Origin: Balanoglossus misakiensis
Taxonomy: Eukaryota; Animalia; Hemichordata
Length of the DNA stretch: 64,000 bases
Assembly: GCA_040954595.2 (NCBI GenBank)
Contig: CM082578.2
Coordinates: 8,851,519-8,915,518 of the forward strand
Direction of reading: 5' to 3'
The notes beneath the pieces are model-generated. The model made no database searches. It saw nothing but the letters and a program-made list of their open reading frames with translations, and had not been told where the DNA came from. How positions within the stretch are numbered: position 1 is the stretch's first letter; each line of letters opens with the position of its first letter. Below, in pieces: positions 29,201 to 43,100 of the stretch. A program made the translations under genes and the position numbers.

Positions 29201-31235
29201 AGCTTTCCACAGTGAAGCCCCCATTGTCTAGTCAATGCCACGGGACAGTGTAGGTGACCTCCAGTGACCCTTGCTTTTGCAGGGCGACCCCCCATAGGGC
29301 CAGTGTTTGGGATGGGCCTCTTTTTTTCTTCTTCAACAGAACTGCAATGCAGTCAAATTGGATCTGGCAAATGGTGCAGAAATGTCTTCCATTAGGCAAA
29401 AAAAAAACTCTATGAATAACTTCAAAAGAAACCCAGAGGCAGGGAGTTCTTCAAAGAGACTACGGAGAAAGAATCATAATATGGATTTGTGAAAACTCAA
29501 CTCAAGGTCTAGGATCAAGTGGCCTGGAAGGTCATGTGTCCTAAAAGTATGATGACCTCACAAAAACTCCCATAACCCCCCCCCCCCCCCCCCCCCAGTA
29601 AACACTGAACTTTTACAGGATACAATGTTGGGTCATTGCAAACATCCTTTTCTACTCGGCACCCCACAATTAAATTTACACGTCTGGCCACCAACACAGG
29701 AAGGATTTTATTTCAACACAACACAACACTTAACATCTAAATTTTGTGAGCTGCTTTATACCTCTATTTATTTAACTGAAAAACACAAAGCAACGTGGCA
29801 AGGGGGGAGGGGACTGTTGATTCATTGATCTAACTCAGTGAAAAAAGAAAGCGGAGCTTTTAACTGCCGTAAGTCATTTGCTGCACTTAGGCCTGAACTT
29901 GAGTAGCTGAGAGGCGGCCCATCGACCACTAACACTTTATCCTGCAAAACCAACAACTTTGAAGTATTCAGTGTGGGCGACTAGAACAGCAGGAACAAAT
30001 GTTCTTTTTTTTTGGTGTCGTTCAAACTGTTGCTGGTATGCTGGCTCTAAGCAAGGTTACAGCCACTTGACGTTCTTGTGTAAACTGTTGAAAATAACAG
30101 AAATTTGCCGTGTGTGTGTATGTGTGTGTACCTCTTGGTCCATTTGCCAAACATTAACACGCTTGGCAAAGTTTTCAATTTTACACACTCACTGTTCAAG
30201 TTCTGGAAACTGGGTGACAAGTTGGGCCACGCTGCATCACTTCAACTTCATGAGTATGGTTTTGTCCAACAAAATGAAAGTAAACTTTCTACAGAAATCA
30301 GCAAAATCAATTCGAGACTCAGAACTTGAAATTCCACGGAAAAGGTCAGCATGATTACAGTTTACTATTCCCGAAAACAAGATGCATTTTAATGAAGTTT
30401 CCTCCATAGGTTTTTACATGTGTCATGAATATGCAGGGGAGATCATGCCATCTTATTCTGGGATGTATTAAACTGTCATCGTGCCAAAGAGGCCATCGCG
30501 GTCGCTCTGACCACAGTCCCCCCATCAAGGTTGAAAGACTATTGTGCGGTTAAAAATGACAAATGTTTGGGCAACAATGACAGCACTATTCTTGCACAAA
30601 ATGCTGGCCTTGTGGACATGTTTTCACCGAGTGCCAGATTGTAAATCAACACCTGAATTATCACCACAGAAAAGATGATCGAGACATATTGGCTCAATTG
30701 GGGACAGGTCTCCTGATTATAAGGTTTACTCAACTGCAAATAACTGACAGGGTAATTTGCAATTACATGTACTATATCTATTTCAAGCAGTGATTATGTC
30801 CCTGTGTCCTCATACACCCACCCTGTTTATAATTTAGAGTGAATTCCCTGTGCAGACTGTTGAAGAAAAAAAATTCAAAGTTTAGGGTGTGCCCATACAT
30901 GTCAGAACTCACACATCATTTTATCCCCACCCAGGGACCCTTTCATAAGTCCCTATTACAAGGGACCATTTACCCATCCTCAAACTTTCTTCGCGCTGTA
31001 TAAGAACAAAGGGTCCACTTCAGCCATTCATGATTTTTTTTCTCACAAACGACATAATGCGGGTACACCGACCAACCAACTACCGAATGGCTGAGTGATG
31101 AGTCACTCCCTAAACCTCTTCGAAGTTATACTGGAACCCATGCACTGCCTTGCGTGTCCGATACAATATACATAATGTATAAATATGAGCTAACTTTCAC
31201 TTTCTTGGGTAAATTTGCCCAATTTACCATTCAGT

Positions 31236-31282
31236 GACGAAATGTTACATTTCACCTATGGACGAAATGTTACATTTCACCT
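31236..31282. repeat. Tandem duplication of a 22-mer
   Basis: GACGAAATGTTACATTTCACCT at 31236 and 31261, with a degenerate third part following. Confidence 0.85.
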
Positions 31283-31329
31283 GCCGAATGTTATTTCCGC
31301 CCAAGCCTCACTATTTTCCAGAGTCACCG

Positions 31330-31343
31330 GTTACCATGGCAAC
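31330..31343. promoter_or_regulatory. RFX X-box in filamin first coding intron
   Basis: GTTACCATGGCAAC matches the X-box consensus GTNRCC(N)RGYAAC. Confidence 0.45.
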
Positions 31344-32067
31344 TGAAATCTACATTTTGCTATGGATATACATCAACATGAAAGTGTAACTTGATTTCCT
31401 CGCACACATCGCTGGATCGAACATCAGTTCTAACGAGAATGACACACGACATGTCATCATATATGTCAACTGAAATAACAGCTGGTACGTATACCCTGGG
31501 TATCAATATGGCCGCGCCTCTCCAGTAATAAACAGTTTGCCGTACAGAATGAGACTACGAGATGGGAAGGTCGATAAATCTCACGTATATCTTGCCTTCG
31601 AGACCAAATAACGAATCTAGCCGAGGCCACGTCCGACATACAACTGGACTGACCCCCGCCATGTTGTTTTGACTGGTACCGTCGATCAGTAACAGTGCTT
31701 GTATGTCGATTTCATGGGTTCGGTTTTCGCTGACAGTCAGTGATGATATCGTACTGCAAGCCTAGTCTAGTTGTGCAGGGTCTGAACACCAAACGTGGGC
31801 TACTTGATCGCAGCGCACGGGCATACAGATCGCGTTTCCCCAAAACACTGCACACTCAGGTTTGACACTGACAGCCCCATATTTGTCGACTGCTTTTGAC
31901 AGCAGCCGACGATCGACCTATTTTATCGACGCATTCACGATCTCACCGGTCCATCACACAGTGGTGTACCGTGCGAAGGTTAGCCAGGTAATTTTCGGAT
32001 AACACCAAACTATTTTCATTTTTCCCTTTCTTTTGCCCCTTCCCAGAAGAATACCAAGCATACTTAC

Positions 32068-32416
32068 CAATGTTGACGATCTTGATGCCCTCATCTTCAA
32101 GGAATTTCAACGCCAGCGAGACGTTCTCCAACTTCATCGGGCGCATCGTTGGTCGCTTGCTGAAGCGATGAAATTTCTTGTGGGACAGCACTTCGACGAG
32201 CGCGATCAGTCGCAAACCATCGGCCAGATCGGTTTCCAATTTCACTATCTGCTTGTTGGCAGCCTTCAGGTGTTCGTTGCACCATCTTGTGAAAGTATTC
32301 TGTTGGATTCTCTTCCAGGGCGCGTCGTCTGCGAGGTCTTTCTCGGCGAGCGGCATTTCTTCCTCTTCTTCGAGCTCTCGCTTCTGGACGAGCTCGTGAT
32401 CATCATTATTATTCAT
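32068..32416 (-). CDS. FLN: Filamin coding exon 1 (start codon; CH1 of actin-binding domain)
   Basis: MNNNDD...[27 protein letters not shown]...[19 protein letters not shown]...[12 protein letters not shown] is the classic filamin N-terminus. In-frame stop 18 nt upstream of the ATG; donor G|GTAAGT, phase 1. Confidence 0.97.
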
Positions 32417-32660
32417 TGTGCTCGTATTTATTCAAACCTGTTGAACAATAGACCGAGGGTGTGACTGGCCTTTCAAAAACGCTTCCGGTGTTTCCCAGGA
32501 CGCGAGACGGGTGCCGGTTGGCGTACGTCAGCAGTCTCGAAATTGGAGTGTCCGAAAACTGCCCAGGAAGGACTGCCTCAAGTCAATTCCAGTGGTTTTG
32601 TGTATACAGTTAGTCAGCTATAATAAGTAAACGATGCCGGCTTCCGATCGTCAATGGATC
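32417..32660 (-). other. Filamin 5'UTR part of first coding exon, preceded by a strong 3' splice site
   Basis: Minus strand reads ctttccctgtcatttcccattttacag|GATCC at 32661-32688, implying upstream non-coding exon(s). Confidence 0.55.
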
Positions 32661-32818
32661 CTGTAAAATGGGAAATGACAGGGAAAGTCGTTAAATATAG
32701 CCGTGCGTAGGAGAAAAGTCTTATACAGTGCAGTCCCGATCGAACTCAGAAGTGGACGGCCATTTTTCGCCCCAGACAGCGGGCACGGTTTTTTACAGGC
32801 GTGAAACTGAGCTTTTAC

Positions 32819-33101
32819 CCGACTGAACAGGCAATGCTGGGGGCAGATAAAATCGTCTGGTATTTATGCCGATATAGGCGATGTGAATGCGCTGGTCTTT
32901 CATCAACTCGGTGACAAGCTGACGCTGTCAAATGAAAACTCTCACTTTGCCATTAGCCCCGCCAGAGTACCCCAGCTGATTGGTCATTTAGTGCAACTTG
33001 ACACCGAACAACAGCGCATCAGTGCTACAGATGGTCTGTATCTACGTCTGCCATCATCATAACTCGGCCCAATTTGGTCAGAGATGCACATCCAAATAAG
33101 G
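32819..33101 (-). promoter_or_regulatory. Candidate proximal filamin promoter
   Basis: CATAAATA (32861-32868), GC box GCCCCGCC (32956-32963), CCAAT on minus (32979-32983), perfect CArG CCAAATAAGG (33092-33101), CArG-like CCCAATTTGG (33068-33077), possible donor CGG|GTAAAA at 32818; CpG-rich context. Confidence 0.5.
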
Positions 33102-33714
33102 TCAACACCGCACATCATTTTGCTATCCCACTCTCCCCTTGCTCAGAGCAAAAAATAAAGACACCCGTGTAAACCACAAAAATTTCCGTTCAGTCCTGCT
33201 GATTATGAATGGAAGTGAACGCACCAATCTTCCTGTGGTTACCAAAATAATAGGATATGTGTCATAATGTTATAATTTGGACACTCGAACGCAAATATTT
33301 CCTTTTCCACGGCAAGACCGCAAGTCGGTCAAAACCCAGGTCATTACACTAACGCACTTTCCCTCTTGGTCTTTGGGGATTGCGCCCTCACAGACCACTT
33401 ACAAGTTTGCTCTTTCTGTTTACTAATGCACAAAATTTGTGTCGCAATCACGAAGATTTCACGCAAAAATGTTTCATCTTCAATAAATTTAGAAATGATT
33501 TTGACGAAGATTCGTGGGCAAAATAGTGAGCAACGAGAAACTAATCAGGTCATCTAAAATCAAAACAATTGTGTCACTGAAAACGAAAGAAGCTAATCAA
33601 CCCAAAGAAACTGTATCACTGATATTAGTTTTACGTTTCGGCCAAAGGTTTTGCTTCTTACATGTAAATCCGTAATATTTTAAACCGACTGTGAACACAG
33701 AATAAAACATGGTT

Positions 33715-34112
33715 TTAAAGCCCCATGAGCTGCCAAATTTCACATATTTTTCCCACAAAAAAATACTTCAAATCTTCTCCCTATCCTTGAAAATCCTCAC
33801 CGTTAAACCACATTACATGTATTTGCACGTGTTTGTCATCTCTTGCATGCGTACCATATGGTAGCAATCTGATTAAAATCAGATGTAGGGAACGGCGACG
33901 TCTTTCACTTACGCGGTACGGTATTCTATATGCTGTAGTGTGTGGCGACAGCATAAGAATATCGTAAAAGACGTCGCCGTACCTTACATCTGATAGTTGT
34001 GTACTCTTTTGGTGGAGGCAGATTAAACGGGTGCGGTACCCATTTAACAAAACAATTAGGCATCAATAAGATGTTCATGTATGCAAAAATGTGGCAGCTC
34101 TTAGGGCTTTAA
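33715..34112. mobile_element. Kolobok-like MITE (TTAA TSD, AG...CT termini)
   Basis: Left TTAA-AGCCCCATGAGCTGCCAAATTT versus right end reverse-complemented TTAA-AGCCCTAAGAGCTGCCACATTT. Confidence 0.7.
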
Positions 34113-37100
34113 ATTTGACCATCAAATTTCGACAATGCAGATCACACAAGTCCTGGCTACTGTATATAGAGGTTTGAGTTCCTAACCTAAGAAAACAATA
34201 CAATCCCATTGTTTTTAAATGTTCCATTCTGTTCTTATATGAGGAGCGTGATTTCAGCATACGTAAAAGTCACAGTGTAATTCAATTGAATGTCACTTCA
34301 GAACATCATTTTTAATGATGTAAGACTTTTTGTTTCATTAATCACCATTCGATTTGATATTTTACGATTGTCGTCGACTCGGCACAGAGGGATTTCTACA
34401 AGGACGGACGAGAGAATTTTATATGGCAGCGAAAGGCGATTCAGTATAATCCAAACGCACTCTTGGAATGACAGCCAAACCCATGCTTCTATCAAATAAG
34501 AGTCAATATAAACGGTGACTAGACTTCTGGATATTTTATCAATGTACGTTTGCGTATCATAAAATGCGACCGCGATCCATCATACTAAAACACCCGTACA
34601 AGTATGCAGTATTTTCAGCATCCGTTGACATATAAGCTTTAATAGATGGTCTGTCCGCCACATGCGAATCTAGGCTCCAGTCTTCTGTTTTAAGACAGAC
34701 GCGACTCCAATAAATCACGCGTAATCTCGAAATGAATCCACGTAAAACTTATCGGAAACAGCAAAATTGACTATCTTAAGGCGGGGAACATTACATATTA
34801 TAAACTTTTTTTTATTCTGTCTATGACTCGGGTACCGCATATTGCAATATTCCCCCATTGCCACTGTTGCCGACCTCTTTTACCACTACATAGTCATAGG
34901 CCTACTTTTCTCCAGTTTTAGGCCTAAATTATCTTTATTCTTCTGCAAATATCGTTTTGTAAAAATTAAACCATGTCCACTCTCCCTATACCTGTGATTT
35001 TCCACTGAAGGATGGTCTATCGAGATTAATCCCCGTGAGGGCCTCTAATTTCTCTCTCGATATTACAATGTCTCACTGCCCTACCCCCCCCCCCCTTTTT
35101 CTAGCTGTAAACCGTGCGCGTGCGCAGCGCTGGCCCGATCACTAAACATCCCAGTGACTCAAAAAGTTATCTGACAAGCACCAGAGTTATTTAAAAAATC
35201 ACAAATCGGATTTTTGGTACTCAGCATGTCTAACCAAGACCCATTCCAACGCAAACAAGATGGAATCCAAACAAACAAAGATCGACGGACACAAACAAAA
35301 GAGGACTTCTGTCCGCTTTTTGGCAAAGCAGCTTAGGCCTAAGGGTATACTATTTGGCAATTGTTTCTACAAGTCACACTAATTGCACAGTATAAATGTT
35401 CTCGCAGCTGTCACACACTAGCCTAGACAGTTGAATCGTTAGGGAGAATCTAGAGCAATAATAACCTTGATTGATCTATTTGAACTGGTCGAATGCGTAA
35501 CACGATGAAGGAATTATGCAGGATCTCAGATTATCTGCAAACACGCATATGACCGACTTTAATATTTATTTCAACCCCTCCCCACCTACTATTTGTGAAC
35601 ACATCCTGATAAGTTTTCTTCGTTTCCTGAACGACAAATACGGTACGGACTCGGACGTGTTTGTTGCCACGCAAAGCTGGACTGGGAAATGACACACGGG
35701 GCCTGGATAACCATATTAAGAAAGCCCGTTAAAAGGGCAACTAACTCCGGCATAACAATTTTCTTAGTAAGCACCTTGGCTGCGACACCGGGTCAGCAAT
35801 GCTGAACACTCGTGTGACTCAACGTCTTTGATTGCGGAGGCACTGAATCGCAGTCTGTCGCTGCGTGCGCGGTGTCACCGTCCTTGAAAGATGGCGAGCA
35901 AAATCCGGACTGACTTCCAGATGCATACAGTACTGGGCACAGGTTGCATAACCATTCGGATGTATTCGCTCTGAGACACAATAGTGACTCCAGCCTGTAG
36001 TTGATTAGCATTGCCTGCATTGTTAGCCGCGGAAACGTTGACTTAATGTAAGCAATTCAGTAACATTCTGTTTGATTGATTATTTGCTAATGTTGCAACA
36101 TCTTATTGAATGTCAGATGCACTTCAGGATCATGTTTTCGGAGAAAGTGAGTTTTCTACATGTACTTTTATATCTTGCTATGTTTTTTACACCATCTTAA
36201 TGGGATCAGGATGAATATTCGAATATTGGTAAATTCGAGCTATTAATCTTCTCTATTTATTTGCAAGGTGACCCCTGACACAAACTTCCAGTCCCCGTCT
36301 GAAAAGGTCCGAACGGGATGATGTAAATTGGGATTTCGTACTAAGGTAGATGTGAGTGTGCGGCCGGCTGCGTCCGGTTGTACTGTCTCTTGCGCATGCC
36401 TAAACCAATTCATGTCAAATTTAGGAAGACACAACACTGCTGATTACATACTAACACCAACTGTTTTGCGATGATATTTGATATTATTATCAGCAAATCA
36501 GTTCCGTTCGTTAATTTTATATGCCATTTACTCAGGTATACAAAAAAAAAACATCTTTAGAAGTGTACCATCGAGGTGCGGGTACAAGCGGCATGGCATC
36601 TGATTTGTCTTCAGGGAACAGACAGGCATCGGGCCAAAAGCCATTAGGCCAAGAAATAAAACTGCGTCTCTCCGATAACAGAAGCTTATGACACGGCGGG
36701 CCTCAAGAGAATAGGTCGTTGATTTCTTTTCTTTGCAGTCCCCCAATCCTTGGGCAAGCCTCGCATTCCATAACAAGAAACTAATAGACAAACAATGCGA
36801 GCTTCAGTAGTACTGGAGTCAGCTTCGCACGTCGAGGGGTGATGACGTCGGTACTTGGGGATGATGTGGGAATGGGGTCTGCTCTTACCTAAGATCTTTT
36901 GGTACGATCCAATGCAATATTAAAGCAATGTGAAAATTGTTTGGGGATGTGAGTCATTGTGGCTGCCAGCTGGGCTCAAAAAGTTCGTTAAGACTTACAC
37001 TCAACTTTTTGAGTCCCCCGTATTGGTGGGCGGGGTCTCAAGTATCGGTTGCCATACCAACCAGGTTCTCATGCAGCACAGCCACACTGTCATGCTGACG

Positions 37101-40100
37101 TTATTAAACTAACTATTACCTGCTCTGTGACACTTTGGGTCGACGGTACACGTTTTTTGTGGCATATGTTTCTTCTCCTCTCAATCGTATTTTCGTATGC
37201 CTTTCGCGTCGACGTTAATTCTAGTGTTTTACTCCCACTGGGCATCGCCTTACAAAATTTAGTTGTAAACAGCGTTTATAAATATCTCAAGAATTCTATT
37301 TATACTCCCCATTATAGAAATAATGTCAATACTCAGGGGACGTCAAGAGGGGAAAAGTCGCAATCTTTAACATTTTGCGGGTATTTTTGTTTCAAAACGT
37401 CACTTACTGACGTAATAAGGAGTGCGATGGCGAATAACTCATAAGAAAAGTGCCATGACAACAGACAATTCAATGGAGATAGATGTATATTTGTACATAT
37501 CATATCTTATATAGTCATACAAATAGATATATAGATAGCCTCGCTTGCAGCAAATATAATTCAGCGAAATATTGTCGACAAGTTACGCCAAAGTAAACTT
37601 GAAAACATAAATTTGTTGTTGCTTGATATACTTTACACACTGTAACTGTCGACAAGCAGAAAACTGACACCAAAGTACATCGTTTTTGAGCATATGGTTG
37701 GTCATGTCCACCAGGTCAGAGGTCATGTCCTGTCGCGCTGAGCACGTCGTGCAGATGGATTCTTTTCGCAGATGTACTGCATTTAAATAAGAAATAGGTT
37801 CGGGCACATGTTACATATTTTATTAGTTAGGATGACCTTGAACCGAGATATCGTTTACTTTATTCGATTTTCTTGATAGTGGAATATGAGCCTTTTCCTT
37901 CCAAGACTTTATCATTACGCTCTATCACCTATCGGACATACTCTTTCAATTTGCGTAACAGTATCTGCGAATTGAATAATATTGGCGAATTACAAAAAGG
38001 CGATGCATTATTGGCCAAAAGTAGACTGATATTAACCTACAGAATATATTTCTCGCTTTTGATAAAATATACGTTGACTCATAAAATTAATTATCATCAC
38101 CCTTACAGTCTGTCCGACAAGCAACGTTCCTGGACCCCAATTTCAACAGGCTGGGAGAGCAGAAGAACACGTCAAACATCTCGATGCGTAAAACAAACTA
38201 ATTTAACGCTATACGGCGGCGACTTCGCCTATTTAAATCCAGTCTGGTGAAATTCACACTACTTTCGAGGAGTCACTGACCCAGATGAGGGTCACACCAC
38301 ATGCAATGCCCCCTGTGTGTCGTATTTATACGTCTTCAAAGCTGCCAGCGCAAACACGGGCAACGCCCACGAACTTTACACAGAAAGCAATGAAACGCAT
38401 CCTTGGATTTACAAGAGCGGGCCAAAGGAAAACATATAAGATGAAACTCTAGCTTTGGCCACTTTATAATAGATCGTGTTGTGCAACTTATTATATGTGA
38501 GCTATACAGAAAGGGGTGGCGTATACGAATTTTCAATGGAGTTGGACAATTCGAAGAAAGGGTTTATTCAGTCGGTTGTAAGTTTTGATTTTGAAAGCGC
38601 TGGAAGTAGCAATGGTCGAGTTTCTATACAGAATAATCAAGGACGTGTATGAGCCCATGTATGTATGTGTGACGCATTCTATTCGATTTTTGAAACGGCT
38701 ACAAAATGGTTTGCCCTGCCAGCGCTGGTGGGGTCATGCTAATAAGTTTCCGATGGAGATCTGGCAAGAGGCCCAGAGGTGGGAAGACTAACTCGGTGGC
38801 TTCCTGGCACTGTTCGTTCCAGATACTGAGTTTGGCATCATTAAAATGTAAAACGTCAAAAAAGAATGGGGGCATACAGACATTACGTCAGAGATTGTAC
38901 TTTATGTGGGGAACAAGTGCCAGTGAGAGGATGGGGCTTGGTTTTTTGCCACGCTGGCGGGAATGGATGAGTGTTAAACTGGAAGCAACTAGCTGTGGCC
39001 CGATCAGAACATGAGCGTCTCCTCGAGAGCAAAGGACCCGAAGTACGTCATCATACAGATGACAACGAAATAAATGCAGGGGCCCATGCCCGGCGACTTA
39101 TGCATGTTTGTATATGGAAGCCCTTCGGTTAAAAAACCAACAGCATCACTGAACAGACGTCGCATTTTTCTACGATGTGTGTTAACAGTTACACATCATG
39201 CAGTTGCCAGACAAGTGCCCGGGGTCAGCTGTGCGAACAGGCTTTCATGTTGAGTGCGCTGACAGTGACAGGTCCTTCTTACCCTTCACGTTCACGAACG
39301 CGAACCTGAACCACGCATGGAATGCTAAAAACGGACCTTCACGCTATGTTACCGAAGTACCAGCACATACCGAATCGCGGGCCACACCATGCACTTAATC
39401 CACTCTCAAACAGCTACAAAAACCAAGTTAAAAGAATACCTACCGACGGAGAGAAACTCCAGACTGTGGGCTCCGGATCGTTTGTCACGACGGGAATGAG
39501 GCACTAGCCCGAATGAATGTCTGGAATGTCTGTGCGTGCGCTAGGCAAGTCGGGCCTTTTCCCCCGGTCACAGTGGTCACTCAGACTGCTTTTCTTGCTC
39601 ACTTGACGCGCTCTACGACTTGGAAGTTTATACGCATCGAAAGAGGGCAGGGGTTGGCATTATTTATGCTTAATTCCTCAATGGGGTTCTTGCATGTGGT
39701 GATTGTTTGCTGCGATTGTGATGCAGAGTACCTCCCCTGAAAGCTCGACAAGGCTCCGGTGGACAGACTATAACTGTGGCATCCCCGTCCAATCACAAAC
39801 CACCAAGGAGTACGAGTACTTCTGGTGTAAAAAGTTATAGAGTCGCCAAAGCGGGCCGCTTGCTTTTTTAAAGACCCGACTCTGTACACCTGGGTATACA
39901 ACGTGATGCATTCACCAACCCCATCAAATCATAAAGTTACCATCTTAAACTTGTTAAACGTATTTGTCCTTCTCTCGCTTGAACTGCTCGCTTTGATGAA
40001 CACCGATGTTCTATTGCGAACACCGAGCAAATATTCGCCAACGCCTCGGGACAAAAAGCACTTGCAGTACCTTGGAGTCTTCTTGAAGTCCTCCGAGGGA

Positions 40101-43100
40101 TGAATCATTATTATTTGCGAGGGTTGAGCGGTGACCTGGCAAAGTGATCAGAATGCGTCCACCAAGGCCAGTCTCAATATAATAAATATCATAATTGACA
40201 AAGATCTCCAGAAGGTAGACCTTCTTGCAGCAATGTTTCCCCACGAGTTTTAATAGAATGCAATTCAAAGATGAATTTCGGAACAAAAACTATGAACTAA
40301 CTTTTAGATACATTTTTACTAAATTCAACCGAATTTAGAAACTGGAAAGAAACGAAGGTTTCTTCTCCGTCAGCAGCTTGGCAGCCAATCAAATATTGGT
40401 AAATTTGATCTACTTTGGTCCTCAAAAAATGTAAGCTGATCGCCGTTTTGTTTCTATTGATTATAAACAGGGCAAAACCCGTAAGAATTTAATTTCGTTT
40501 GCGTGTTACGTGACAGATTGAAAATCCAACCGAGTAACAATTATTTTACCCATTTCAAAGTTGACGACACTCTTTCGGTTTCTGAGAGTTCAAAATCACG
40601 CATGCCCCTTCTTGAGCGTTCGCGCGACCAGGTGTTGACATTGCCGGACTGCGAAGATAAAAGAAGACAACCTTTCCCGTGGACAAACGAAGAACACCGA
40701 AGATAAATGACTCTGACAAAATAAACCCCAGGAAAGAATACAATTCGGATGTTCTCATTTGCTTGTCTGTCATTCCCCGGGGGTCACCCCCTAGATGACT
40801 TTGAAAGTCGAGTTGTATAGCACAGTTCAAAGGGCGCTGCACACCGATATGCATAGACTGTCTTGCCGTTGTTCAGAAGAGAATGCGGCTTATTCAGCGG
40901 GAGTTTAAAGGTATCCGTACCCATTTGCTTTTGTCACAGGGAAATTCTTCGTGGCTAATCACCCAGAAATCAAAATAGACCTGCACCCGAACCGATCGCG
41001 CTGTTCTGCGGAATTGACGGAGATTTTCGATTGCAGTCCGTGGACGCACCGTTGTTTCTCTCTGACCGATAGAAACAACACAATCCTCAAATTTTGTATA
41101 TTTACTTTGCCGAGAGCACCGTGCGCGACCGAAAAACGGTGCAACCTATCAGGCACTGCCATTTACACATTTAATGGAAAGTACTGAGATTTTCTTATTT
41201 TGTCGGCTCGTGAGTATTCGATGATGTCGAGAGTTGCTAATAAAACTACTTTTTTATGTATAACATTAAAGTCATTGTACTCTAACTAAAATAATAGCAC
41301 CTGCTTTGCCTTTGGTTTCACAGGTAACACACACAAAAAAGTAGCTAAACTGTCAACTGTATCACTCAACCAATGCTGACATCACAGATTACCCTCTCCC
41401 AACGCTTATCCAAATCGGTCTGTAATCGTCATCTCTTCAAAGTAAGACCACTACTAACCATCGCTCGTTACTTAGAGACTGTTTCGGTCACGGATGTAAA
41501 CAGGGCTTGTTTAGCGATTCAAGTCAATTTTAGAAAGACGTGCGATTGTGTGGTTAAAGTGCTTTCCGTATAAAATAGCCATCTCTTTGGTTCACTGGTT
41601 CTGGTATCATTGTTGCGATCCCTAGCCACAAAACACGCGCGTTCTTACTAAAAACTTGAAGCTTTTTTCTTCTTCAAAATTTGCCTTACCTGTACGTCGA
41701 ATACGGATTGTAGTCTTGAATCAGTATAAATCTTTGGGAAACCATGGGACTCAACATATGCCTTGTGGATAGTGGATATGTTTTGTCATGCGGCGCTAAA
41801 ATGAAAAATCTGCGGGATCGTGTATTTATTTATCATGCAACACCAATTAACGCGGGCCTAAAAATGACGTCACCGGTCAAACATCGGGGAATTGTATTTA
41901 TCCAGTTTTGTACAATAATCGTAGGCCTACATTCTTGTTTTTTCGGCATCATGGTGTATTGTTCGTTTGGGGGAGGAGGGTCGAGAGAACGTCACTGCAA
42001 AAAGTTATAAGCGGTGACTCATCTCACTTCCAAAGGAGCAAGATCGCGGAAATATCTGCTTTGACCATAGGTTATAGTTACTAGTAATGCGAGCGGTGAA
42101 TATTAAGTTTAACTCTAGGGTCTATGACCTCAAACACGGTTTTCTATCAGCACTTTTATGTATAAAGGGGGTTGTTTATACTCTGTGAAAGAAAATCCCC
42201 CGTTTCAACTTTACAACCGAAAGAAAAGCCCGATTATGACTTGAACTGAACCCATCGAGACCGTTTCAAGGAACCCCATATTTTGCGAGGAATCACCTTG
42301 TTTACTTTTTTGGGTGTCAATCACTGCAACGATTTGTTAAAGTTAAACAGAATGGCTGAGAGGGTAGGGGCACCACTTACTTATATGGAAGTGGGCGGTA
42401 ACCGAAACGGACCAACACCGGTTGACGGGAAATGAGGTGAATGTCCAACACTAGACTGTTGTACATGTAATACAAATGTATCCGTTCCATGAGTATTGGT
42501 ATCTGATGATAGACTTCCTGATTAAGAATACTTCGAGTATTTTAATGAACTATTTATATGTGTATTATATAACATAATTTTTTCATCTATGGCACCCCTT
42601 GAACTAAGTGGAATCGCTTTGATGTGTCATCCAAGGTAATGGACTTCGAGCCGGTACGCACCCAGACAAACTGTAAACAAAACTATCCAATTCACTGCGG
42701 GCAGTGCAGTCGAGGAACTTTGTCGTACACTGACAAAAGCGTAACATACCATGTCGCTGACGAAATTTAGGTCGCGATAGACGTAGTGGGCAAGTTTTCT
42801 TTGGGACTGATATTTGAGAGAGCGTGTATCGTACACAGTCAGTTTCACCGTGGTTTCACAACTTACAAAATTAATGCAACTTCGCGTTTCATCATTACTT
42901 GCCGCACTTTCCGGTGGATGTTTTTCTTTATCCAGTAAAACTACTCCGTTTTCTTTTAGCATGACGAACTTCTGCGGTCTGTTGAATTCGTTTCGGAGGG
43001 ATTTAACCACCGTTAGGGCGTTCTCATTACACCGTCGAAAACATCCGCTGTGCACAATGGAATTTTAGTCTTACAATACTCTCCACGCCCACCTGTATAA

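Noticed and set aside
32033-32464. Plus-strand ORFs antisense to filamin and SLMAP exons (also 8227-8628, 663-1055, 52834-53022)
   Set aside because: Antisense shadows of real coding exons.
42627-43055. 142-aa minus-strand ORF as an independent gene
   Set aside because: No recognisable homology, non-ATG start in the track, and it cannot join the filamin ATG exon in frame; retained only as a possible non-coding leader.
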